Assembly (NCBI GenBank): GCA_037132255.1
Contig: JBAXPN010000003.1
Span: 2,625 to 66,624, forward strand
Source: Candidatus Falkowbacteria bacterium
GTDB lineage: Bacteria; Patescibacteriota; Patescibacteriia; Patescibacteriales; UBA12465
Reading direction: 5' to 3'
Length of the DNA stretch: 64,000 nucleotides
In this document: in pieces, positions 45,696 through 54,490 of the stretch
How the letters are laid out: the number at the start of each line of letters is the position of its first letter
Position numbering within the stretch: position 1 is the first letter of the stretch
Position numbers and translations under genes: made by a program
The notes under the pieces: model-generated
Database searches by the model: none
Told to the model about the DNA's origin: nothing
What the model saw: only the letters and a program-made list of their open reading frames with translations

Positions 45696-47708
45696 ATGGT
45701 TAACGGGCTCAAAATTGAAAAATGGCTTAAAGCCCTTATATTCACAGGACTGCTTGTCTTAGTGGCTATTATTTTTTCACAAAAAACTGAGCTAACGTCT
45801 GTTGATTTAGGTCGCCATCTCGAAAATGGAAAAATCGTTTGGTCAGATGCTCATGTTTTGTCACGTAATCTCTATTCATATACCGAGCCAGATACGCGTT
45901 TTATCAATCACCATTGGCTTACGGGCGTTATATATTATTTAGTATATCTTCTTGGTGGCTTTACTTTATTATCGGTTATAAATATTATTATTATTCTGGC
46001 GGCTTTTATTTTGGCTTTTAATCTAGCCAAGAAAAAAGCCGGTTTTTATATACCCGCTCTAGTCTCGATACCGGTAATTTTTTTACTCAGCGAACGCGTC
46101 GAAATTCGACCGGAAATATTTAGTTATTTTTTTCTACTTTTAACCTGGTTTGTTCTAGATAAAGCGGAAGAATTAAAAAAACCGCGCTTATTATATTTCT
46201 TAATTCCTTTATTTATACTTTGGGCAAACATTCATATATATTTTTTTATTGGGCTAGCCTTAATTGGTATAAAAGTGCTTTCAAAATTTTTACCGGTGTT
46301 TATTGAAACGGCCGGGGATATTAAAGAACGTTTAAAATCTGCCTGGCTTATTTCTAAAATATCGCTTATTAATTTCGGTCTCGTATTTTTAGCTTGTCTA
46401 TTTAATCCAAATTTTATTCGCGGTCTGCTTTATCCTTTTAATATTTTACGAAACTACGGTTATGAAATAGCGGAGAATAAATCCATTTTTTACTTAGAGA
46501 ATTTAATGGTGAACGTGAATATCACACTTTTTAAATATTTACTTTTCTTGCTTGTTTTAAGTTATGTCGCCTATTTCTTTTTCTCTAAAAAAATTAATTA
46601 CTTCGGATTACTTTTAGGACTTTTCTTTTCATTTCTTGCGCTCTTCGCTGTGCGCAATTTAGCGCTCTTTGCGCTAGCGAGTTTAATACTACTTAGTGCT
46701 AATTTGGCTTATCCCATTAATTTTCTTAAAAATAATGTTTCCTTTTTTAATCGTGAGGCGCAAGAAAAATATAAGCTTTATTTTATTGGATTCCTCCTTT
46801 TGCTCGTGCTCGGTGCGAATTTATATTTAATGCTTGATGCTAACAAGGGAAGGCGATTTATTAAAAATACTTTTGGTTGGGGCCTGGAAAAGGGCAGCGA
46901 AGATTCAATAACGTTTTATCGCGATAATAATCTCAGTGGTCCAATTTTTAATAATTATGATCTTGGTGGTGCTTTGATTTTTTGGCTTTATCCGCAAGAA
47001 AAAGTTTTTGTTGATAATCGACCGGAAGCGTATTCAAATAGTTTTTTTAATGAGATCTATCGCCCGATGCAAATGCAAAAAGATAAATGGCTAGAATACA
47101 GCGCGAAATATCAATTTAAAACAATTTACTTTTCTCATACTGATTTTACGCCTTGGGCGCAAACTTTCTTAGGGCAAACAATTGATGAAAATTGGGCCCT
47201 AGTTTATTTCGACCGCTATACGGTTATTCTTTTAAATAAAAAAAACAGTGATGCTGAGACGCTAAAGAAACTGGCTTTAAGTCCGCAAGAAGTTAGAACG
47301 CGCTTGCGTGAATTAGCTGCTGATTCTAGCTTTAAAAATAAACTTAATTTAGCTTCTTTTGCTGCTCTTATTCGTCAGGTTGATTTAGCGGAAGAAATAT
47401 ATCAGGAGTTGTTATTTACGGATCCGGAAAATCCACTGGTTCTTTCCTCGCTTGCCGGAATTTATGCTAATAGTTCTGAAAGAAATGTTCTGCTAAAAGC
47501 GAAAGAACTGTTTAACCGTGGTTTGGCCGGAGGCTACAAACTACCGGGGATATATAATCAGATTGGTTTAATCGACTGGCGGCTTGGCGATTATCCGGCG
47601 GCGGAAAAAGATTGGCACTCAGCTTTAAAACTGGAAAGAAAAAATGAGAGTGCCCTCTATTATTTGAAACAGATTGATCAGTTGAGACTAGAAGGGAGTA
47701 TAAAATAA
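45696..47708 (+). CDS. Polytopic membrane protein with C-terminal TPR repeats (possible GT-C-type glycosyltransferase)
   Basis: About 12 TM helices, a periplasmic domain, and TPR-like repeats (AEEIYQELL.., GDYPAAEKDWHSALKLE). Confidence 0.45.
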   Translation: MVNGLKIEKWLKALIFTGLLVLVAIIFSQKTELTSVDLGRHLENGKIVWSDAHVLSRNLYSYTEPDTRFINHHWLTGVIYYLVYLLGGFTLLSVINIIIILAAFILAFNLAKKKAGFYIPALVSIPVIFLLSERVEIRPEIFSYFFLLLTWFVLDKAEELKKPRLLYFLIPLFILWANIHIYFFIGLALIGIKVLSKFLPVFIETAGDIKERLKSAWLISKISLINFGLVFLACLFNPNFIRGLLYPFNILRNYGYEIAENKSIFYLENLMVNVNITLFKYLLFLLVLSYVAYFFFSKKINYFGLLLGLFFSFLALFAVRNLALFALASLILLSANLAYPINFLKNNVSFFNREAQEKYKLYFIGFLLLLVLGANLYLMLDANKGRRFIKNTFGWGLEKGSEDSITFYRDNNLSGPIFNNYDLGGALIFWLYPQEKVFVDNRPEAYSNSFFNEIYRPMQMQKDKWLEYSAKYQFKTIYFSHTDFTPWAQTFLGQTIDENWALVYFDRYTVILLNKKNSDAETLKKLALSPQEVRTRLRELAADSSFKNKLNLASFAALIRQVDLAEEIYQELLFTDPENPLVLSSLAGIYANSSERNVLLKAKELFNRGLAGGYKLPGIYNQIGLIDWRLGDYPAAEKDWHSALKLERKNESALYYLKQIDQLRLEGSIK

Positions 47709-47736
47709 AACACCGGCGCTTAGAGGTCGGTGTTTT
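47707..47736. terminator. Bidirectional terminator overlapping the 3' ends of convergent genes
   Basis: Perfect 9-bp stem AAAACACCG / CGGTGTTTT. One arm lies inside the last codons of the minus-strand GT2 gene. Confidence 0.7.
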
Positions 47737-48418
47737 TAAATTTTTCTTCAATTAAGGTCCTTATTGCGAGAAGTCCGTCACGGGCTTTTATTTTTTTGCC
47801 GTCCTGGTAGCTACGGCGCTGATAATTAATTGGTACTTCGATTATTTTATAGTTGGCTTTTAATAGTTGGGCGGTTATCTCTGGTTCAATTTCAAAGCGA
47901 CGCCCGCTTAGTTTAATTTTATTAAGGCAAGCGCTCGGCATTAATTTGAAGCAGGTCTCCATGTCTGTTAGCTGACTGCCAAAAAGAATATTAGTTAAGC
48001 TCGTTAAAAAAAAGTTGATCAGATAGTGAAAGCTTATTTTTTTATTTAAAATAAAGCGGGAGCCATAAATAACTGTCTGTTCGTCTTGGCAGCTAACAAT
48101 TTCCTTAAATAAAATAATAATATCTTCCGGGTTGTATTCAGCATCGGCATCGCAAATGATAAAATAGTCTCCGCTTATTTCTTCGAGGCCGCGTTTTACG
48201 GCCGCTCCTTTGCCCTGGTTGCTTGCTTGGTTAATTAACTTAAAATTATAGTTCTCATGCAATTTATTTAAGACCTCAACGGTGTTGTCAGTCGAGCCAT
48301 CATTAACAATAATTATCTCGGCATTCAGTTTTAAATTAAAGATTGAGGGTAGGTATCCGGCAGCAATCTTTTCCTCGTTATATACGGGGACAATAATGGA
48401 AAGAAGTTTATCGGTCAT
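47720..48418 (-). CDS. Glycosyltransferase family 2 (polyprenol-phosphate sugar synthase-like)
   Basis: LSIIVPVYNEE..VNDGSTDNT..ICDADAEY. The start lies 1 nt after the MgtA stop. Confidence 0.85.
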   Translation of the reverse strand: MTDKLLSIIVPVYNEEKIAAGYLPSIFNLKLNAEIIIVNDGSTDNTVEVLNKLHENYNFKLINQASNQGKGAAVKRGLEEISGDYFIICDADAEYNPEDIIILFKEIVSCQDEQTVIYGSRFILNKKISFHYLINFFLTSLTNILFGSQLTDMETCFKLMPSACLNKIKLSGRRFEIEPEITAQLLKANYKIIEVPINYQRRSYQDGKKIKARDGLLAIRTLIEEKFKNTDL

Positions 48419-48419
48419 A

Positions 48420-50939
48420 TTAATTTTTAACTGTCATTCTTTTATAAAACATTTGTTTGATAAATTCGACCATTAGTAAATACATCGTTACAAGAATAAA
48501 GATGGTTAAGAGTGCATACCAGGGGAGGGGAGAAAAACCAAATAATTCTCCAATGCCCTTTTGTGTTAAGAGAAATCCGAGAGCAACCGCACCGAGTGTT
48601 GTCATGAGCAGATATTTGCTCGGGCGAGACTGAAAGAAAGGAATTTTTTGTGTTCTAATGATATAAATAACAAATGTTTGCGTAGCCAATGATTCGAGAA
48701 ACCAACCGGCCTGGAAAGTCGCAACATCAAAATGGAAGACGGCGAATAAAAGGTAAAAAGTAAGAAGATCGAAGAGCGAGCTAATCGGGCCGAAAATCAT
48801 CATATATTTTTTGATGAAATTTATGTTCCAATGTTTCGGTTTTTTAAGATATTCAGTGTCGACATTATCAGTCGGGATGGCTAGTTGCGAAGTATCATAA
48901 ATAAAATTATTGAGAAGAATCTGGCCGGCGGTCATTGGAAAGAAGGGTAAGAAAAGACTAGCGCCAATTAGAGAAAACATATTGCCAAAATTTGAACTTA
49001 GAACCATAAGGAGATATTTCATGGTATTGCCGAATGTTTTTCTCCCTTCAATAACCCCCTCCATTAATTCTTTGAGACCTTTTTGAAGAAGAATAATATC
49101 GGCTGTTTCCTTAGCAACATCAACGGCGTTATAAACGGAGATGCCAACATCGGCAGATTTTAAAGAAGGCGCATCATTGATTCCGTCGCCGAGATAGCCG
49201 ACAATTAATCCGTTACGTTTTAACTCGATTATAATTTTTTCTTTTTGACTCGGAGAAAGACGAGCGCAGATAGTCGCTCCATTTATTTTTTTAAATATTT
49301 CTTCATCGCTTAAAATATTCAAATCTAATTCTTCACCGGTTACTATTCCTTTAATTTCTAAATTTAAGTCCTCACAAATTTTCTTCGTTACAAGAGGACT
49401 GTCACCGGTTAAAATTTTAATATCAACTCCGTGCTCTTTCATGAAGACAATTGTCTCTTTAACATCTTCTTTTGGCGGGTCATAAAAAGCCATGAAACCA
49501 CGTAATGTTAAGCCTGATTCTTCGGCCATTTCATAGCGGTCCTTTTTTTCCGAAATTTCTTTTTCCGCGATAGCGAGAATACGCAAACCATCAGCGCTTA
49601 ATTCCTCGTATAATTTAATCGCCTGCTGTAAAATTTCCGGGCTTAATTTATTTTTAGTTTCGCCCTTGAGATAAGTGCTGCAAATTTTAAAAATTTCTTC
49701 TGGCGCTCCTTTTGTTACCATAGTCAGGCTACCAGCTTGTTCATAAATAATCGACGAACGTTTACGATTAAAATCATAAGGCAATTCTTCAATTTTGGTG
49801 CAATCATTAATATCGATTTGTTTATGTTCAAGTATCGCTTGATCAAGAATGCTTTTAATGCCGGTTTCAAAGTAACCGTTTATATAGGCGGCGTTTAAGA
49901 CGGTTGGAGAATCGGCGCCGAATATATCGACATGTTTTATGACAGTTATTTTGTCTTGAGTAAGCGTACCTGTTTTATCGGTACACAATACATCCATCGA
50001 GCCGAAGGTCGGAATTGAATTCAGGCGCTTAACAAGGACGCCATTTTTTTCCATTTTCATCGCGCCCTTAGACATATTAACGCTCATAATCATCGGCAGG
50101 AGCTCGGGCGTAACGCCAACAGCCACGGCAAGAGCAAAAAGAAACGAGTCGAATAAGCCCTTATTTAAAATGGCATTAATAAAGAAAATAATCGCGACGA
50201 TTAAGGCGATAACGCGAATAATAAGGTAACCAAAACTCTTGATGCCTTTTTCAAAAGCGTTTTCTGTTGCGGGGCGGATAATGTTTTGCGCAATTTTTCC
50301 AAACTCAGTTTCCAGCCCGATATTAGTAACAAGGAATTCTCCAAAACCGGAAACAACATTTGTTCCAGAAAAAATAATGTTATTTTCTTTAGCATCTTTT
50401 TCAACCGGCATACTTTCTCCGGTCAGACTTGATTCATTAAGATAAAAATCATTAGCGTTAATAATTTTTCCGTCAGCCGGCGCGATATCTCCGGCGGCTA
50501 AATAAATAATATCTCCCGGAACAATATATTTAGTATCGAGTTCCTGTTTTTTGTCATCACGTAGTATTTGCGCTCGAATCGCAATCCGCCTCGCTATTTT
50601 ATCGGCTGCCTTATCGGATTTATGTTCCTGGTAAAAATTTAAGACAACACTCAAAAGAATCATCGTTAAAATAATAACCATGCTTCGGATTTCCCCAGTT
50701 GCTCCGGAGATTGAGGCGGCGCCAATTAGAATTAAGATTAAGGGGTTTTTAAAATAACTGATAAATTTTATAAGGGGACTAACCTTTTTCGCAGCCGCGA
50801 TTTGGTTATAGCCAAAAACTTTTGAGCGCTTAATAGCCTCTATTGTGCTTATGCCTTTCGGACTGGATTTACTGAGGAGAAATAGCTTATCAAGGTCTAG
50901 ATTTTTGAGCTGGTCTGAGTTTATTTTAAGATTATTCAT
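48420..50939 (-). CDS. mgtA: Mg2+-importing P-type ATPase (MgtA-like, P3B)
   Basis: CTDKTGTLTQDKI, TGES, LTGD, GDGINDAPSLKSADVGISV. N-terminal LSTIEAIKRSKVFGYNQI. Size and motifs resemble MgtA/MgtB. Confidence 0.7.
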   Translation of the reverse strand: MNNLKINSDQLKNLDLDKLFLLSKSSPKGISTIEAIKRSKVFGYNQIAAAKKVSPLIKFISYFKNPLILILIGAASISGATGEIRSMVIILTMILLSVVLNFYQEHKSDKAADKIARRIAIRAQILRDDKKQELDTKYIVPGDIIYLAAGDIAPADGKIINANDFYLNESSLTGESMPVEKDAKENNIIFSGTNVVSGFGEFLVTNIGLETEFGKIAQNIIRPATENAFEKGIKSFGYLIIRVIALIVAIIFFINAILNKGLFDSFLFALAVAVGVTPELLPMIMSVNMSKGAMKMEKNGVLVKRLNSIPTFGSMDVLCTDKTGTLTQDKITVIKHVDIFGADSPTVLNAAYINGYFETGIKSILDQAILEHKQIDINDCTKIEELPYDFNRKRSSIIYEQAGSLTMVTKGAPEEIFKICSTYLKGETKNKLSPEILQQAIKLYEELSADGLRILAIAEKEISEKKDRYEMAEESGLTLRGFMAFYDPPKEDVKETIVFMKEHGVDIKILTGDSPLVTKKICEDLNLEIKGIVTGEELDLNILSDEEIFKKINGATICARLSPSQKEKIIIELKRNGLIVGYLGDGINDAPSLKSADVGISVYNAVDVAKETADIILLQKGLKELMEGVIEGRKTFGNTMKYLLMVLSSNFGNMFSLIGASLFLPFFPMTAGQILLNNFIYDTSQLAIPTDNVDTEYLKKPKHWNINFIKKYMMIFGPISSLFDLLTFYLLFAVFHFDVATFQAGWFLESLATQTFVIYIIRTQKIPFFQSRPSKYLLMTTLGAVALGFLLTQKGIGELFGFSPLPWYALLTIFILVTMYLLMVEFIKQMFYKRMTVKN

Positions 50940-50967
50940 ATTGTATTATTACCATTCCATTATAACA

Positions 50968-51807
50968 TTATTTGCTCACTTCCAAAACTTGAGCCCGGAA
51001 TTTTTCGGCTTTTAGTGTTGAGTCTTTAATTGGCTTAATTAGACGATTTATAAGCATATTTTTGGGCTTATGCTTGATTCTGCTTAAGTTCGTCTCGGCA
51101 AGGGCACATAATCGTTTTAAGTCAGATATGATTATTGGTGCGGCAATTTGAGCATATAGCAGATTTAGGATAAGCGGAGATTTGCTTAGTTTAAGTTTTA
51201 GACGCTTTTTTCTCGCCGCCATAACTATTGGCCGGTTAGCATTTGTGATTAGACCATTTTTTAAGTCCTCAAGCCAGTTCTGACTATCATCCGCCAATTG
51301 CTTGGCAGCCAGAGCATATCGAAAGAAATTTAGAGCAGCACGCGTTCGGACTCTATGTTTTTCGAAAGACAAATAATCAAAGAGAGCAAGCGGGGCAAAG
51401 GCAAGCGCTAGAGATTTGTTAGATAAATTTTTTAGTTTATTTCTGGGCGGAATTTTACTCGCTATATTTATAATTCCATTTTTAATTTTCAGTCTCTTTT
51501 GTAACAGCTCATTACTATTGGCTCTATCGAGATTATTGAAGGTTTTTTCTAGACTTGAATAATAATTAGGCGATAAGTTTAATCGGTAGACGATCTCCAA
51601 GTATTTGCGAAAATATTTGTTGGCCATCGGTAAGTCTAGACGACCGCCCTCGTCATCATAGATATCGTCATATATATTCAAAGCGCGCCAAAGAAAAATT
51701 TGTGCGCGCTGTAATTTTGGCAATATTTTTTTAACTTTAATTTGCTCTTTTTTGCTTAGTAATTTACTGAGCCAGAGTGGCCAATAAAATACTTCTTCTT
51801 TAGTCAT
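50968..51807 (-). CDS. All-helical protein with two Asp-rich motifs (isoprenoid-synthase-like?)
   Basis: NIYDDIYDDEGG near residue 47 and QLADDSQNWLEDL near residue 183. Overlaps the kinase gene by 8 nt. Confidence 0.35.
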   Translation of the reverse strand: MTKEEVFYWPLWLSKLLSKKEQIKVKKILPKLQRAQIFLWRALNIYDDIYDDEGGRLDLPMANKYFRKYLEIVYRLNLSPNYYSSLEKTFNNLDRANSNELLQKRLKIKNGIINIASKIPPRNKLKNLSNKSLALAFAPLALFDYLSFEKHRVRTRAALNFFRYALAAKQLADDSQNWLEDLKNGLITNANRPIVMAARKKRLKLKLSKSPLILNLLYAQIAAPIIISDLKRLCALAETNLSRIKHKPKNMLINRLIKPIKDSTLKAEKFRAQVLEVSK

Positions 51808-53179
51808 TTTGTGTTGGGATATTAATTATAAAACTTGTGCCGACATTCTGCTCGCTTACTACTGCAATTTTTCCGGCGAAATCAGCCTCAACGATATTTT
51901 TGCTTGTTGCTAAACCTAGGCCAAGTCCGTGGCCATCTTGTTTTTTCGTGCTAAAAAATGGTTCGAAAATTTTATTTAAGTTTTCCTTTCTAATTCCTGC
52001 TCCCGAATCAACAACTCTTATTAGAATATTTTTATTGGTCCTCGACAATTCAATCGATATTTCTTTCTGCTTTGAGTTCTCGCAAGCATCAATCGCGTTA
52101 GCCAAGAGATTGGCAATTACTTGTCCGAATTTAAGCGCGTCGCCGCGCATCGTAATTTCTTCGTCTATCTTGAAATTGATGTTTACGTCGGCGCGTCTTG
52201 ATTTATAAGAAAGAATTTGAATTGTTTGATTAATCTCTTGATTGAGCGAGAAAACACTAATGACATTTTCGCGTGAAATTTGTTTTTTTATGCTGGCGAT
52301 TAAACTCTCCATTTTATTGGTTGCCAGGAGCGCTTGGCCAAGATAAGATTTAGCACTAATGATTTTCGAATCAGTTTCGGTTTTTATTTGCTCTAAGTTT
52401 AAAGATACGGCGGTTAGTGGATTAATTAAATCATGGAAAATCCCTGAAGAGAGGCGGCCAAATTCAGCGAGCCGGTAAAGTTGATTTATCTTCTCGGCTT
52501 GTAGTTCTTTAATCTCTTTGGTTCGCGCTTCAACTTTAATTTCCAGGGAATCACGCTCTTCCCTTAGGAGTTTTTCGCTTTCTCTAGCTCTACTAAGAGA
52601 TTGATTAATTGTTCTAATAAACAACCAGGCCACAACGGCGATTATAAAGAGCAGCACCGCATAGCTAATAGCATCTCCGATTTGAGCTGGTTCGCTACGC
52701 CAATAGTATTGGACACCGATAATTTTATGACCCTGTAGATAAGTCAGAATAATTATAAATAGGGTAATAATTGTCGTGCTAATAAAAGCGAGACGATCGC
52801 CGAGAAGAATTCCAGAAATCGTAATAATCAAAACAGCGAGTAGTAATCCCGCCGGTAAGTCTGCTCCCCAAATAAAGAAAGAATAAAACATGGGCAGCGA
52901 AAAGGCGATTAATAAAAAGCTAGCGGCCGCTTTAATATTGCCGCGCCGGCTTAAATACAATAAAAAAAATAAAAAAATAAGGATACCAATAGTTGCTCCA
53001 AGCGGGAGTCCACGTTTTTCAACATATATAATATAGTCGATTATGCGAATAAGATTGAGAATAGAAAATGAAATTAACGAAAAGACAATAATTATATTTA
53101 GGATATATTCTTGACGGCGGATATTTTCTTCATTAGATTTTGGCGTAATTTGTTTTTTTAGAAAATCTATTATTTTCAT
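51800..53179 (-). CDS. Sensor histidine kinase, polytopic N-terminal domain
   Basis: H-box SSGIFHDLINPL, N box LLANAIDA, G boxes DSGAGI / GHGLGL. I prefer the ATG at 53179 (MKIIDF) over the TTG at 53191 in the track. Confidence 0.85.
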   Translation of the reverse strand: MKIIDFLKKQITPKSNEENIRRQEYILNIIIVFSLISFSILNLIRIIDYIIYVEKRGLPLGATIGILIFLFFLLYLSRRGNIKAAASFLLIAFSLPMFYSFFIWGADLPAGLLLAVLIITISGILLGDRLAFISTTIITLFIIILTYLQGHKIIGVQYYWRSEPAQIGDAISYAVLLFIIAVVAWLFIRTINQSLSRARESEKLLREERDSLEIKVEARTKEIKELQAEKINQLYRLAEFGRLSSGIFHDLINPLTAVSLNLEQIKTETDSKIISAKSYLGQALLATNKMESLIASIKKQISRENVISVFSLNQEINQTIQILSYKSRRADVNINFKIDEEITMRGDALKFGQVIANLLANAIDACENSKQKEISIELSRTNKNILIRVVDSGAGIRKENLNKIFEPFFSTKKQDGHGLGLGLATSKNIVEADFAGKIAVVSEQNVGTSFIINIPTQND

Positions 53180-53190
53180 ATGTATTATCA

Positions 53191-53219
53191 AAACACTTCC
53201 GAGGAAAGCGGAAGTGTTT
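53191..53219 (-). terminator. Strong hairpin (terminator/attenuator) between the mini-ORF and the kinase start
   Basis: Perfect 10-bp stem AAACACTTCC / GGAAGTGTTT with a 9-nt loop. On the minus strand it is followed by a U-rich stretch and, 12 nt later, the kinase ATG. Confidence 0.55.
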
Positions 53220-53227
53220 CTTTGATA

Positions 53228-53311
53228 TTAATAGCGCCAAGGAGTCCCCGGATTTGAAGCGGCTGCTAGAATAGCTGCAAGCGTCGCTAGTTTTTTATTT
53301 ATTTTTTTCAT
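53228..53311 (-). CDS. Unannotated 27-codon ORF MKKINKKLATLAAILAAASNPGTPWRY (leader peptide or micro-membrane protein)
   Basis: ATG to TAA read by hand on the minus strand. Below the ORF-track size cutoff. Lies between the response regulator and the kinase. Confidence 0.35.
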   Translation of the reverse strand: MKKINKKLATLAAILAAASNPGTPWRY

Positions 53312-53441
53312 AATTAATAAATTTAAATTTGCCAGAGCAATTTCGACCTTTAAGGCCTTTCGGCTGATTGCTAAAAATAGTTTAGCAGGCAAGATATGAA
53401 AATAATTTAAAAAAGATAAAAAAATATTTTATCTATTTGTT

Positions 53442-54113
53442 CTATTTTTGTGTATCAATTTTATAACCACGGTTAGAGGCGGTGAAAATATAATGCTCAG
53501 TTTCATTCTCGAGCTTTTTTCGTATATTCATAATATGGACTTCGACTGTATTAGAGAAGGGATCGGCGTTTTCGTCCCAAACGTTTTCGAGAATATTTTG
53601 CCGAGACAAAAAATTTCCTTGATTAAGCATTAAATATTCGAGCAGAGAGAATTCGCGCGAAGACATCGGCACGCGAATACTATTTTTCGTTACTAAAAAC
53701 TTATCCGGATCAAGTTCAAGATTACCGAGAGTTAATACTTTGCTGCTTAGTTTACGAGGGCGGCGAAGAATAGCGCGCAGCCTGGCAAGAAGTTCAGAAA
53801 AGGGAAATGGTTTAATTAGATAATCATCGGCTCCTAAATTAAAAAGCTCGAGCTTATCATTAAGCTCACTGAGCACGGTTAGCATAATAATTGGGGTCGC
53901 GAATTTTTCCGCCCTTAATTTTCTTACGATTTCGAAGCCACTCAGACCAGGCAAATTGCAATCCAGAAGAATTGCATCGTATATTTCATTCCGAGCTAAG
54001 TCTAAAGCCTCTAAGCCGTTGGCGCTTGAGTCAACTTTAAAGCCGACATTCATAAGCGATAGGGATAGAGAGATAAGCATGTTTGGATCGTCCTCGACTA
54101 GAAGTATTGTCAT
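53442..54113 (-). CDS. OmpR/PhoB-family response regulator
   Basis: Receiver domain (ILLVEDD..DAILLDCNLPG..K), winged-helix Trans_reg_C (LSSREFSLLEYLM..VWDE..NTVEVHIMNIRKKL). Confidence 0.9.
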   Translation of the reverse strand: MTILLVEDDPNMLISLSLSLMNVGFKVDSSANGLEALDLARNEIYDAILLDCNLPGLSGFEIVRKLRAEKFATPIIMLTVLSELNDKLELFNLGADDYLIKPFPFSELLARLRAILRRPRKLSSKVLTLGNLELDPDKFLVTKNSIRVPMSSREFSLLEYLMLNQGNFLSRQNILENVWDENADPFSNTVEVHIMNIRKKLENETEHYIFTASNRGYKIDTQK

Positions 54114-54120
54114 ATATTTA

Positions 54121-54149
54121 ATTTTATAAAAATATTAATAAATTAACAA
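54121..54149 (-). promoter_or_regulatory. Promoter TTGTTA-17-TAAAAT, with the -10 ending 7 nt before the response-regulator ATG
   Basis: Read on the minus strand; leaderless geometry. Confidence 0.5.
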
Positions 54150-54190
54150 TTAAATTATCCCCACCATCGTATTAAGACGGCGGGGATATT

Positions 54191-54355
54191 TTAAGGCAAA
54201 AGAACATCCTCGAGGTCATACTTGCCGTAAGGATTTAAAGCGCAGTTTGGGCAATTTGTATTGTTTGTCCAGCATAAAGCAAGACGCCAAAGGAAAAATT
54301 TATTTAGACAGGCGTCTTTATTGAAACATTGATGATTTTTGCAATATTTACCCAT
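54191..54355 (-). CDS. Unannotated 54-aa Cys-rich ORF MGKYCKNHQCFNKDACLNKFFLWRLALCWTNNTNCPNCALNPYGKYDLEDVLLP
   Basis: Read by hand. Six Cys including CPNC. Followed on the minus strand by a hairpin (about 54152-54186). Confidence 0.35.
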   Translation of the reverse strand: MGKYCKNHQCFNKDACLNKFFLWRLALCWTNNTNCPNCALNPYGKYDLEDVLLP

Positions 54356-54490
54356 AATGTTCGTTTTTATTTATTATAATTGATGTTAAATAAAGAAAAT
54401 CTAAAGAAGTTAGTTATTTGGGGATAACCTTAGCCGAGTCAACTCGGCGGTTTGCCTTTCTGGGCGATTCGCGATACTATTATTAATAAT

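Noticed and set aside
2292-50445. Many short antisense or out-of-frame ORFs in the track (for example 2292-2477, 3350-3858, 7189-7398, 8026-8325, 16093-16385, 18429-18873, 31824-32610, 37674-37952, 40258-40476, 42283-42595, 43744-44248, 50201-50445).
   Set aside because: Each lies entirely inside a longer, motif-supported gene on the other strand or frame and has low-complexity or odd composition. I treated them as shadow ORFs.
54433-54449. The GCCGAG-TCAA-CTCGGC hairpin upstream of mrdA, considered as a terminator or riboregulator.
   Set aside because: The stem is short with no U tract, and no upstream gene on that strand needs termination. The evidence is insufficient.
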